64,000 bases of DNA, from the NCBI GenBank assembly GCA_963668625.2, contig CAXXKA010000001.1, positions 448,001-512,000 on the forward strand. Reading direction: 5' to 3'. How positions within the stretch are numbered: the first letter of the stretch is position 1; each line of letters opens with the position of its first letter. Shown piece after piece: positions 49,773-58,721 of this stretch. Below the pieces are notes generated by a model, which saw only the letters and a list, made by a program, of their open reading frames with translations, made no database searches and had not been told where the DNA came from. Made by a program: the position numbers and the translations under genes. The DNA comes from an uncultured candidate division Zixibacteria bacterium. GTDB lineage: Bacteria > Zixibacteria > MSB-5A5 > UBA10806 > 4484-95.

Positions 49773-50975
49773 CTATTCCGATGTTCTTACTTTAAGCTGA
49801 AGTAGTTTGTCAACCATACTTCTCGTGGCTCGCTCGATCTCCTCTTTGACTTCCGGTGAAAGACGAGACATCACACCCGACAATTCATTCTGCCGAATAG
49901 ATTCGAACGTTTCACCCAGACCGTTATATAAAGGTTCGTACCTCAGATGCTCGAACCAATACGTAAACTCACTCAGCTTCCTGTCTATTATCTCCTGCGC
50001 CTGGGGGATTGCCAGTTCTCTTTTCTGGCGATGCTCCTCGACATGCTCTTTGATATCCTCGAGATCGTACAATTCGATGGCCGGATCGAAATCCTTTGCC
50101 ATATCGATATCACGGGGGATAGCCAGATCGACAAGTATCAGCTTGCGGTTCGGATTGGATTCGAGATACTTATCGAGCATATCACCGGTGATTATAGCTT
50201 TTTCCGAGCCGGTGCACGATATCACGATATCGGATTTTGCCAGAAGCTTCGGGATGCTTTCCAATCCATAGCCCTCGGCCGAATAAGCGGCAGCGAAAGT
50301 TTTAGCTTTTTCGACAGTGCGGTTGACATAGTAAAGATCACCGTGATCCAGGCGGAAAACACCTTTCGTAGCCAGGGAAATCATCTGGTTGATACCGATG
50401 AATAGAACATTGGGGGATGATAAATTTTTAACTTTATCCTCCAAAAGCTCTATTGCCGCGCTGGAAACGCTACAGGAACCTTTACCCATTTCCGTATCCG
50501 TACGAACTTGCTTGCCCACACGAAACGCCTGGTGGTATAAATGATGTAATACTTTTCCGGCGGATTTAACCGCGCAAGCCGAGGAGTAAGCATCCTTTAG
50601 TTGACCGAGTATCTGGTTTTCGCCTATCACCATCGAATCCATACCAGAGGCAACATTTAGCATGTGGGCTGCCGTATGTTTGTTCTTTCTGATATAGAAA
50701 AGGTTCTCCATCTCGGAGATATCCAGGCCATTGAAGTTTTCGTAAAATGTCTTTATCAATTCGAAAGGAACTTCCCGCTTATTTACCGTGAAATAGAACT
50801 CAACCCGGTTGCAGGTAGAAAGTACCGAGGATTCTTTCACGCCCGCCAGATCGCTGAATGTGGCGTTAGCCCGGGCCATATCGTTACGGTTGATCTGTAA
50901 CGGTTCGCGTTGTTCCAGTGTTGATGTTTGATGGCTAATACCAGTTATGTACAAGTTCCAGTTGCCCGGTCCCAT
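49773..50975 (-). CDS. hemA: Glutamyl-tRNA reductase
   Basis: LSTCNRVE, VASGMDSMVIGENQILGQ, DLAIPRDID; Rossmann Gly motif degenerate. Confidence 0.93.
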   Translation of the reverse strand: MGPGNWNLYITGISHQTSTLEQREPLQINRNDMARANATFSDLAGVKESSVLSTCNRVEFYFTVNKREVPFELIKTFYENFNGLDISEMENLFYIRKNKHTAAHMLNVASGMDSMVIGENQILGQLKDAYSSACAVKSAGKVLHHLYHQAFRVGKQVRTDTEMGKGSCSVSSAAIELLEDKVKNLSSPNVLFIGINQMISLATKGVFRLDHGDLYYVNRTVEKAKTFAAAYSAEGYGLESIPKLLAKSDIVISCTGSEKAIITGDMLDKYLESNPNRKLILVDLAIPRDIDMAKDFDPAIELYDLEDIKEHVEEHRQKRELAIPQAQEIIDRKLSEFTYWFEHLRYEPLYNGLGETFESIRQNELSGVMSRLSPEVKEEIERATRSMVDKLLQLKVRTSE

Positions 50976-50986
50976 TCGTGTTACTC

Positions 50987-52669
50987 CTAATGTAAAGCGG
51001 TAACTCCACCGCCAATGATGTTTATATCTTTAAAACCGGCCTGCCTGAGTATTTGTGCCGCCTGATACGAGCGAGGGCCGCGTTTGCAGATTACCATGGT
51101 TTTCTTCGAGCTATCAAGCTCACTTATGCGTTCTCGTAAATCGTTTAGCGGGATGTTGACCGGTTCGTGCTTATCGGCGAATGGCCAGGGATCGCTCTGG
51201 AATTCATCTGCCTCGCGTACATCCAACCAGGTATAGTCACCGTTCTCCAAAGCCAGTTTAGAAAGATCGGGAGCGGTAAAGCCGAACCCGCTTTCCTGCG
51301 CCAACGCGGCGCTTGCCAGATGGTACAACGGGTCGAGCGCCTCGGAATAGGGCGGCGCATAACCTTGCTCGAAATCGAGTAAGTCCTCGAGCATCCCATC
51401 GTGCTGGAGGAAACTGGAGAGCACATCCACGCGACGGAAAATATCGCCCTTGCCCGCGGCCTGCAATCCCAGAAGCTTACCGTTTTCATCATAAACGATT
51501 TTAGCCACGAACGTCTGGTACTCGGGATAATAATCGGGCCTATCCGGGAACGATCCCCAGACGGCATTTGATTTTATGCCCGCCTGTTCCGCCGCCTTCT
51601 GAGATAAACCGACAGCGCCAACATTGAGATCGAATACCTTTACCAGAAACGAACCGACTATTCCCCGGAAAATTTTATCTTTACCAGCCAGGTTTTCGGC
51701 AATTACTCGTCCGTGACGGTTTGCCAGCGAGCCCATCGGGATAAACACCGGTTTACCGGTAATGCGGTTCATGCATTCGATACAATCGCCGCCGGCGTAG
51801 ATATTCGGATCGCTTGTTTGCAGATGTTCATTGACCTTGATACCGCCTGTCGAGCCGATCTCGAGACAGCAATCACCGGCCAGCTTAACCTCGGGTTTTA
51901 CGCCAAGGCAGACGAACACGTAATCGGCCTCTATAGCATCGCAACCCTTGATATTAACCACCGGGTTGCCGTCATTATTAAGTTCTATGCTTTCCACCAT
52001 GCGGCCGGTCATCACCTTAATATCCTGACGGGTCATCTCGCGCTCCGCCAATTCGGACATCTCCGGATCGAGAACGTAGGGGAGAAGCTGATTCTCTTTC
52101 TCAATCAGCGTGACCTCGATACCCCATAGGCCGCCGGCGGCTTCGGCAACCTCGCAGCCTATGAATCCGCCACCGACGATTACGGCCGTCCCGACCTGTC
52201 CGGTCTGTGCCAGCTTGCGGAAATTGATAGCATCATCCGGACGGGTGAAAGATTTGATACGATCACATTCGGCAACCGGGAACGGCGGCCTGACCGGATT
52301 TGCGCCGGTAGCGATCACCAGTTTATCGTAACCATGATCGTAAGTCTCGCCGGATTTCAAATCTTTCACGGTGACGAATTTCTCGTCCCGGTTTATGGCG
52401 AGTACCTCCGAGTCGGTCACGACATCGAAACCTTTCGTGCGTTTGAAGAAGGAGGCATCACGCTTGACACCATATGATGTTTGGTTTAATTCCTCGAAAC
52501 TGTTGATATCGCCCGAGGCGAAATATGGCAGCCCGCAGGTACCGTATGAGACATTGCTCTCTTTTTGGAATAACGTTATCGATGCCTGTGATAACCGTCT
52601 GGCTAAAACCGCGGCGGTTTTGGGGCCGCAGGCAACCCCGCCTATTATTACAAATTCAGATTTTTTCAT
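50987..52669 (-). CDS. CoA-disulfide/persulfide reductase with C-terminal rhodanese domain (Npsr/CoADR-RHD-like)
   Basis: GGVACG, SYGTCGLPY active Cys, GGGFIG, YAPPYS, LDVRE..E and CKRGPRS rhodanese loop. Confidence 0.9.
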   Translation of the reverse strand: MKKSEFVIIGGVACGPKTAAVLARRLSQASITLFQKESNVSYGTCGLPYFASGDINSFEELNQTSYGVKRDASFFKRTKGFDVVTDSEVLAINRDEKFVTVKDLKSGETYDHGYDKLVIATGANPVRPPFPVAECDRIKSFTRPDDAINFRKLAQTGQVGTAVIVGGGFIGCEVAEAAGGLWGIEVTLIEKENQLLPYVLDPEMSELAEREMTRQDIKVMTGRMVESIELNNDGNPVVNIKGCDAIEADYVFVCLGVKPEVKLAGDCCLEIGSTGGIKVNEHLQTSDPNIYAGGDCIECMNRITGKPVFIPMGSLANRHGRVIAENLAGKDKIFRGIVGSFLVKVFDLNVGAVGLSQKAAEQAGIKSNAVWGSFPDRPDYYPEYQTFVAKIVYDENGKLLGLQAAGKGDIFRRVDVLSSFLQHDGMLEDLLDFEQGYAPPYSEALDPLYHLASAALAQESGFGFTAPDLSKLALENGDYTWLDVREADEFQSDPWPFADKHEPVNIPLNDLRERISELDSSKKTMVICKRGPRSYQAAQILRQAGFKDINIIGGGVTALH

Positions 52670-52684
52670 AATTTATTAATATAA

Positions 52685-52715
52685 TTAACGGGGTTGCTAT
52701 ACACAACCCCGTTAA
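52685..52715 (-). terminator. Hairpin after dsrP (weak terminator or stabiliser)
   Basis: TTAACGGGGTTG...CAACCCCGTTAA. Confidence 0.55.
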
Positions 52716-52747
52716 GAGAAAAAAACTATGACCTAAGTCTATGTCTA

Positions 52748-53905
52748 TCAGGCTTGTAACTCTTCCCTTACCGACAGGGCTATCTTATACAGAACAGTTA
52801 CTATCAAAAGCCCCATTCCGTACACCCCCAGCGTGATCATAATCTCAGGTAAAGTCGGGAAATATTCGATTACTTTGCCCAGCGGCGAGGGAACGAAACC
52901 GGCTACAATCATGCCCATACCTTTATCAATCCAGATAGAGATAAAGACCGTGGCGCAGGCGAGACCCAGGAAATTGAGGTTGTTTCTCAATTTCGGGATC
53001 AGTAGCAGGAATATCGAGACAGCCGCCATTACGAACGAGGTCCACATCCAGGGAACCAACGCTGATTTGCCATCAATGCCCATCAACAGGTATTGGAAAT
53101 GAACCTTGTGTTCCGGGATATTGCTATAGAAAGCGGTAAACAGCTCCATCAGGATGAAGAACACGTTTATCAGCATGGCGTATGTCATAATCAAACCCAT
53201 TTTCTTGATAACCTTCTCACCGGGATCGAATTTAGTGATCTTCCGTAGTAACAGCGAGGCCAGTATCAGGATCGCAGGACCCGAGGCGAAAGCCGATGCC
53301 AAAAATCGCGGCGCGAGGATGGCGGTTAACCAGAACGAACGTCCCGGAAGACCGGCATACAGGAACGCCGTAACCGTATGGATGCTGATAGCCCAGGGAA
53401 TCGAGAGAATGATTATCGGCTTAATCCAGCGCGGGGGATTGATACCTTTCTTTTCGGCATCGAGAGTAACCCGGCTGATTATCACGTTCAGGAGAAGGTA
53501 ACCGAACACGACCACCGTATCCCAAAACATCATGGAATTGGGTGTTGGATGTAGAAACACATTGGTTATCCTGAACGGTTGCCCCATATCAACGAAGATG
53601 AATGTCATACACATGATGACAGCCGGGATCGCCAGAAACTCTCCCAGTATGGTCATCTTGCCGAACTCTTTGGCGTTGTGCAGGTAATATGGCAGCACCA
53701 TCATAACCGCCGAGGCCGCCACGCCGACTAAGAACGTGAACTGGGCGATATAGAATCCCCAGGTAATATCACGTCTCAGCCCGGTAACACCCAGACCGAC
53801 ATTGTACTGATAGATATAGAATGCGGTGCCGACACCGATTATTCCCAGCAAGAAAATTACCCAGGTCCAGTAGCTCTTGCTGCCTTTAAGCGCTTTTTCT
53901 AACAT
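52748..53905 (-). CDS. dsrP: DsrP (NrfD family membrane subunit)
   Basis: MLEKALKG, WGFYIAQFTFLVGVAASA, HTVTAFLY, PRFLASAF. Confidence 0.95.
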   Translation of the reverse strand: MLEKALKGSKSYWTWVIFLLGIIGVGTAFYIYQYNVGLGVTGLRRDITWGFYIAQFTFLVGVAASAVMMVLPYYLHNAKEFGKMTILGEFLAIPAVIMCMTFIFVDMGQPFRITNVFLHPTPNSMMFWDTVVVFGYLLLNVIISRVTLDAEKKGINPPRWIKPIIILSIPWAISIHTVTAFLYAGLPGRSFWLTAILAPRFLASAFASGPAILILASLLLRKITKFDPGEKVIKKMGLIMTYAMLINVFFILMELFTAFYSNIPEHKVHFQYLLMGIDGKSALVPWMWTSFVMAAVSIFLLLIPKLRNNLNFLGLACATVFISIWIDKGMGMIVAGFVPSPLGKVIEYFPTLPEIMITLGVYGMGLLIVTVLYKIALSVREELQA

Positions 53906-53914
53906 GTTCGCACC

Positions 53915-54697
53915 TCACACTATATAATAAACTTCGGGATTAGTACCGAGTATGGGTTTACGTCTAATCGAGAAGTTTTCCGCCAGTAATTTTCTGACCT
54001 CTGAGTTGGGATCCTCGAGATCCCCAAACACCAGGGCATTCACCGGGCAGGTTTCCACGCAAGCCGGCATTTTGCCGCGAGCCAGCCTTTCGGCGCAGAA
54101 ATTACACTTCTCAACAACACCACGCTCACGAGTGGGGAAGTCCGGGTCGATCTTCTCGATATGCGGTCTCGGATCGCGCCAGTTGAAACTACGCGAACCG
54201 TAAGGACAGGCGGCTACGCAGTAACGACAGCCGATACACCTGTGCATATCCATGGTCACGATACCGTCATCGCGCTTGAATGTCGCCTTGGTAGGGCAGA
54301 CCCGCACGCAAGGCGGATTATCGCAGTGATTGCACAGTACGACAACCGGACTGTGTTTTATATCTTCCTCGATAAACTCGTGTTCCTGTTCGTGGAAAGC
54401 GCCCTCGAAGGACTCTTTCCATATCCACTTGATCTCATCTTTCGGGTTGCCGAAATCGGGGACGTTGTGCACCGAATGACAGGCATCTATACACTTAGTG
54501 CAGCCCTCGTTTTTCAGGCATTTGCGCATATCGACTACCATCGCCCAGCGTTCGGCTTTAAGCGACTCGCCGACATGCTCGGTTTTGACTACCGAAATCG
54601 TATCATCCTGCCCGAAAGCCAGTGATTTTTTGCCTACCACACCCGCCAGAGCAGTCAGGCCGGCAAGCTTCATGAATCCTCTTCTGCCTATACCCAT
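53915..54697 (-). CDS. dsrO: DsrO periplasmic Fe-S protein
   Basis: Tat motif RRGFMK; CNHCDNPPCVRVCP, CIGCRYC, KCNFC. Confidence 0.95.
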   Translation of the reverse strand: MGIGRRGFMKLAGLTALAGVVGKKSLAFGQDDTISVVKTEHVGESLKAERWAMVVDMRKCLKNEGCTKCIDACHSVHNVPDFGNPKDEIKWIWKESFEGAFHEQEHEFIEEDIKHSPVVVLCNHCDNPPCVRVCPTKATFKRDDGIVTMDMHRCIGCRYCVAACPYGSRSFNWRDPRPHIEKIDPDFPTRERGVVEKCNFCAERLARGKMPACVETCPVNALVFGDLEDPNSEVRKLLAENFSIRRKPILGTNPEVYYIV

Positions 54698-54698
54698 A

Positions 54699-55079
54699 TT
54701 ATTGCTCCTCCGGCGCTATATGACAATTCCAGCAGTATGGTGAAACATCCATATAATTATGACATTGATCACAGAAATCCGCTTTGTTCGGATGGCAGTT
54801 CATACAAGTGTTAGATAAACTCATCTCCCACTTTTTGCCGCCGGGGCCGTCGAAATAACGGATGCCGTCGCGGACGACTTTATCGCGCCATTCGTTCAGC
54901 AGATTCATGTGGTTATGTTTCATCCATTCCGCGTCTTTAACACATTCCTTGGAATCGGTGACTATTTTGATATCCGGCTGAGTATGTGGTTTACCATCAA
55001 CCACGTTATACCAGACAGGAAAGGTTATCAGGGCCAAAAAGATGATAAGGCCAATGATTATTTTACCGCCATCATACAT
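54699..55079 (-). CDS. dsrJ: DsrJ triheme cytochrome c
   Basis: CMNCH, CDQCH, CWNCH; HMNLL..WRD.VVR. Confidence 0.95.
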   Translation of the reverse strand: MYDGGKIIIGLIIFLALITFPVWYNVVDGKPHTQPDIKIVTDSKECVKDAEWMKHNHMNLLNEWRDKVVRDGIRYFDGPGGKKWEMSLSNTCMNCHPNKADFCDQCHNYMDVSPYCWNCHIAPEEQ

Positions 55080-56712
55080 CCTCTTTACCCTCCTCTCCGG
55101 CAGGTTTCTCGGGCGCTAAACCCGGTAAAGGTTCGCCGCGAAGATCAGTCTCTCGTTTCTCACCGGTCATGATAAGAGCGTTTCCAACCATCTCGTGAAT
55201 TCCACCGACCTCCGTGCCGGGTACCCAGTAGTCCATCAATGTCGGCAAGGTCGCTTTGTCGATTGCGCACATGCACAAAAGAATATTCACACCCCTGGTA
55301 TCCGCTACGTATTTAACGGCGTTGGCACGGGGTAGTCCTCCGCGAAGCCTCATCTCGAGGTTCTCGTCAGTGCCCAATCCGGCGCCGGAGCCGCAGCAAA
55401 ATGTCTGTTCTTTGATCGTGCCTTCCGGCATCTCGTGGAAATTATTACAGCAGGCGTTCAAAATATAACGCGGTTCCTCTAAAATACCCATAGCCCGGGC
55501 GGGGTTGCAGGAATCGTGGAATGTCGGAGTCCAGTGGTCGTTACGGCTGGGATCGAGTTTGATCTTGCCGTGCTTGATCAGGTCGGAGGTGAACTCCGTT
55601 ATATGCACCATTTTGGTAGAATTAGCATTGGTGAAACGCGTGCCGGTCATCGGCGAGACCGGTTCCTGAAGGAAATCGGCCGGGCCGTTCATAGTATCCA
55701 TATACTGGTTCAGTACACGCCACATATGACCGCATTCGCCGCCTAAAATCCATTTCACGCCCAGGCGTTTGGCCTCCATATAGATTTTGGCATTCAAGCG
55801 TTTCATGGTCTCGGCAGTGTGGAACAACCCGAAATTTCCGCCCTCGGAGGCGAACGAACTCCAGGTGTAGTCCAGCCCGATTTCATGGAACAAGGCGAGA
55901 TAGCCAAGCAGCGTGTAATAATGAGGCGAGGCGAAATAGTCCGCCGATGGCGCTACGAACAGCACCTCGGCGCCTTTCTTATTAATCGGCGCATCTACCT
56001 TGATACCGGTCAACTCCTCCAGCTCATCGACTGCGAACTCGATCGAGTCGGCGAAGCCGTGCGGCTGAATGCCGAGGTGATTGCCGGTTCTGAAACAGTT
56101 GGCCGCCGGGGTCATAATCCATTCGATATTGAGACCGATAGCGGACAAAAGCTCCCGAGCCATCATGGTTATCTCGGCCGTATCGATTCCATACGGACAG
56201 TAAACCGAGCAGCGACGGCATTCGGTACACTGGTAGAAATAGAAGAACCATTCTTTGATAATATCCACGGAAAGCTTACGCGCACCCGCCACTTTCCCCA
56301 GAAGTTTGCCGACAGTGGTAAAATCATTGCGATATACCGAGCGAAGTAACTCGGCGCGGAGTACCGGCATGTTCTTCGGATCACCGGAACCGATGAAATA
56401 GTGACATTTATCGGCACAGGCGCCGCAACGAACGCAGATATCCATGAAAATCTTGAAAGAACGATATTTGCCGAGCAGCTCTTTAAATTTGTCGTGGATT
56501 ATTTCTTGCCAGTTTTCCGGCAGAGGCCACTCGTCATCGGTAGGTTGCCATTGCCCGGGATTGGGATAACCCATATAGTCGAGCTTCTCGGGAACGGAAG
56601 CGTAGTTGTAAAATCCTTTTCTGAATTTTACGGTGGGATCCATCCAATCCTTGTGCGGCGGCCGATAATCGATCTGTATCATCTCTTCTGGTTTTTTTGT
56701 CTTTTCAGCCAT
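55072..56712 (-). CDS. dsrK: DsrK (HdrD-like Fe-S/CCG protein)
   Basis: CVRCGACADKC, CTECRRCSVYCP, GECGH, HDSC, CCG; start could be 56712 or 56721. Confidence 0.95.
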   Translation of the reverse strand: MAEKTKKPEEMIQIDYRPPHKDWMDPTVKFRKGFYNYASVPEKLDYMGYPNPGQWQPTDDEWPLPENWQEIIHDKFKELLGKYRSFKIFMDICVRCGACADKCHYFIGSGDPKNMPVLRAELLRSVYRNDFTTVGKLLGKVAGARKLSVDIIKEWFFYFYQCTECRRCSVYCPYGIDTAEITMMARELLSAIGLNIEWIMTPAANCFRTGNHLGIQPHGFADSIEFAVDELEELTGIKVDAPINKKGAEVLFVAPSADYFASPHYYTLLGYLALFHEIGLDYTWSSFASEGGNFGLFHTAETMKRLNAKIYMEAKRLGVKWILGGECGHMWRVLNQYMDTMNGPADFLQEPVSPMTGTRFTNANSTKMVHITEFTSDLIKHGKIKLDPSRNDHWTPTFHDSCNPARAMGILEEPRYILNACCNNFHEMPEGTIKEQTFCCGSGAGLGTDENLEMRLRGGLPRANAVKYVADTRGVNILLCMCAIDKATLPTLMDYWVPGTEVGGIHEMVGNALIMTGEKRETDLRGEPLPGLAPEKPAGEEGKEDV

Positions 56713-56713
56713 A

Positions 56714-57709
56714 TTACTCATCCTTTTCCAGAGGTAGACCAGCCGCTTTCATAACATCCCGGAATTCGTCCTCGTACTCTTCGTAGGTGTGTACCTTGAC
56801 ATCTGGGTTCCAGGGGTTAACATGACGAACCATGCGGTTGTTGTTCGCAAGGTTACGAGTGGGGCTTAAGAATACGCCGCCGAGATGCATCAGCTTGGAG
56901 AACGGGAAATAAGCAAGCAGTAAACAGACCGAGAATAAATGCATGTAGAATAAAACTCCCAGCCCCTGGGTTAATACGGGATGGAAGGTGATCAGTCCGA
57001 TTGCCAGTTCCTTGACGGCCACGATATCGGTTTTGGAGAAATACCGAAGACAGATACCGGTGCCGGCTATTCCAAGAAGCATGAACAGGGGGAAATAATC
57101 ATTTGCCAGCGAAAAATACCTGAGTTTCGAATCAAATATTCTGCGCAGGAAAAGGTAAGTTAAAGCGCCAACTATGATGACATCCGTTAGAAGCAATATC
57201 GGCAGGCCGATCTGGAAGAAGCCGTCAAGTTGTTCGATCATTGTTACAAAACCGGGGACAGGCTCGGTGAAAAATCTCAGATGCCTTATCAGGATAATGA
57301 GGAAAGTGTAATGGAACGCCAGCGAGCCCAGCCACAGCAACTTGTTAGCGCCGTAAACCAATCTCGGGCCGTCTTTCAACTCGACTTTTGAATTCCTGAA
57401 TAGTGATCTGAAAAAGAGTATCTCCAAAGCCATCCGGATAAATGCGCCAAATCCGCTCGAGGGATTATCGAACTTATTCTGTGGAATCCAGTCGTGCGAT
57501 TTCTGCTGGCCGCAGGTAGTAGTTATCCGGAACGGAACGGGTGATTTCGCCCAGCCCATTATCTTAACGATAAAGCCGATAATGAATATGGCTATGGCCG
57601 CGTAGGGGATAATCACGCCGAAGAGATAGTCCAGGCCTGCAACCCCGACTCCCACAAGGGCAATCAAGAGTACGATTCCATATGCCACGAGGGAATACAG
57701 GGCTCTCAT
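56714..57709 (-). CDS. dsrM: DsrM cytochrome b
   Basis: PVPFRITTTCGQQ, FFRSLFRN, PFSKLMH, PTRN. Confidence 0.95.
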   Translation of the reverse strand: MRALYSLVAYGIVLLIALVGVGVAGLDYLFGVIIPYAAIAIFIIGFIVKIMGWAKSPVPFRITTTCGQQKSHDWIPQNKFDNPSSGFGAFIRMALEILFFRSLFRNSKVELKDGPRLVYGANKLLWLGSLAFHYTFLIILIRHLRFFTEPVPGFVTMIEQLDGFFQIGLPILLLTDVIIVGALTYLFLRRIFDSKLRYFSLANDYFPLFMLLGIAGTGICLRYFSKTDIVAVKELAIGLITFHPVLTQGLGVLFYMHLFSVCLLLAYFPFSKLMHLGGVFLSPTRNLANNNRMVRHVNPWNPDVKVHTYEEYEDEFRDVMKAAGLPLEKDE

Positions 57710-57765
57710 TTACAAACTCCTCTTTTGTTTACAAACCAAAAGCTATATATCATGAGTAACCTCGG

Positions 57766-58275
57766 TTAGTTTTCAGGTTCCCGTTGGTTCTCATATTGTC
57801 TTAAGAAATGTATTGATTTTCTCTTTAACTCGTTAAAGCGTATTTCGTAAAGGCTCTCCCGACAACCGCTGTAAATATCGAACGCCAATAGGGCTAACTG
57901 GTCGATAGATGCCTCGAATATCAGCAACTCACCCAGAAGATTACGATCAGAAACCTCCGCGCTTAATTCTTCCCTGATCGCCTTTTTCAGCAGAAACACG
58001 AATGAAACCGCCTGCGATGAGGTGAACTCCTGCACGTTACGAATCCTGATGATCTTCTCGAGCGATTCGGCCAGCGTTTCTTTGTCCATGTCGTCCAGAA
58101 GCTGACGGTAGATCACTTTTATTTCTTGGGAGATAGTGTGTCCGACAGGATTATTGAATTGGTCTTTTTTCTTTTCGAAAAATTTTGCCCCATCACTAGG
58201 ATAAGTTTCGGCTATCTGATGGAACCATTTTTGAAGTATGGAATCTTTTCTATCATTTAAAAGTTCGTTTAACAT
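57766..58275 (-). CDS. dsrT: DsrT (RsbRD N-terminal domain protein)
   Basis: W....ETYP, DQFNNPVG, IRIR.VQ.F..SQA, AFDIY..CRE; position just before dsrM. Confidence 0.88.
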   Translation of the reverse strand: MLNELLNDRKDSILQKWFHQIAETYPSDGAKFFEKKKDQFNNPVGHTISQEIKVIYRQLLDDMDKETLAESLEKIIRIRNVQEFTSSQAVSFVFLLKKAIREELSAEVSDRNLLGELLIFEASIDQLALLAFDIYSGCRESLYEIRFNELKRKSIHFLRQYENQREPEN

Positions 58276-58300
58276 TTCACCTCAAAATTCCCCAGATAAT

Positions 58301-58337
58301 GAAAAGGGGCTTTTCGGGAAAATCCCAAAAAACCCCT
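58301..58337 (-). terminator. Internal terminator between dsrC and dsrT
   Basis: Minus strand AGGGGTTTTTTGGGA-tttt-CCCGAAAAGCCCCT then T-run. Confidence 0.65.
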
Positions 58338-58354
58338 CTGGAAACTTACGATTA

Positions 58355-58672
58355 TTATACGCAGCCGGTGGGCTTGGCTAAGCCGGCAACTTTACAGGCG
58401 CCTTTGGCGGGGCCGGACGGGAACAGTTCGTAAACCTTTTTCAACGGGAAACCGGTCTCTTTGCAGAGCTTCCTGATCATCGGGGCAATACCATATTTCG
58501 TATAATAGTCCCTGAGATAGTGCACCAGTTTCCAATGCTCTTCGGTTAACTCGTCAACACCCTCAGTGGTAGCTAAAGCTTTTGCAACTTCTTCATTCCA
58601 CTGTTCCGGTTCCTGCATGAAACCATCTTCATCGACATCGATCTTAACGTCGCCATGTTCAAATAATGCCAT
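58355..58672 (-). CDS. dsrC: DsrC sulfur relay protein
   Basis: DEDGF, LFPSGPAKGACKVAGLAKPTGCV with both C-terminal cysteines. Confidence 0.97.
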   Translation of the reverse strand: MALFEHGDVKIDVDEDGFMQEPEQWNEEVAKALATTEGVDELTEEHWKLVHYLRDYYTKYGIAPMIRKLCKETGFPLKKVYELFPSGPAKGACKVAGLAKPTGCV

Positions 58673-58721
58673 GTAACATCCTCCGTTTTGAGAATTTATA
58701 ATCCTTCGATTTGCTTTCTAT

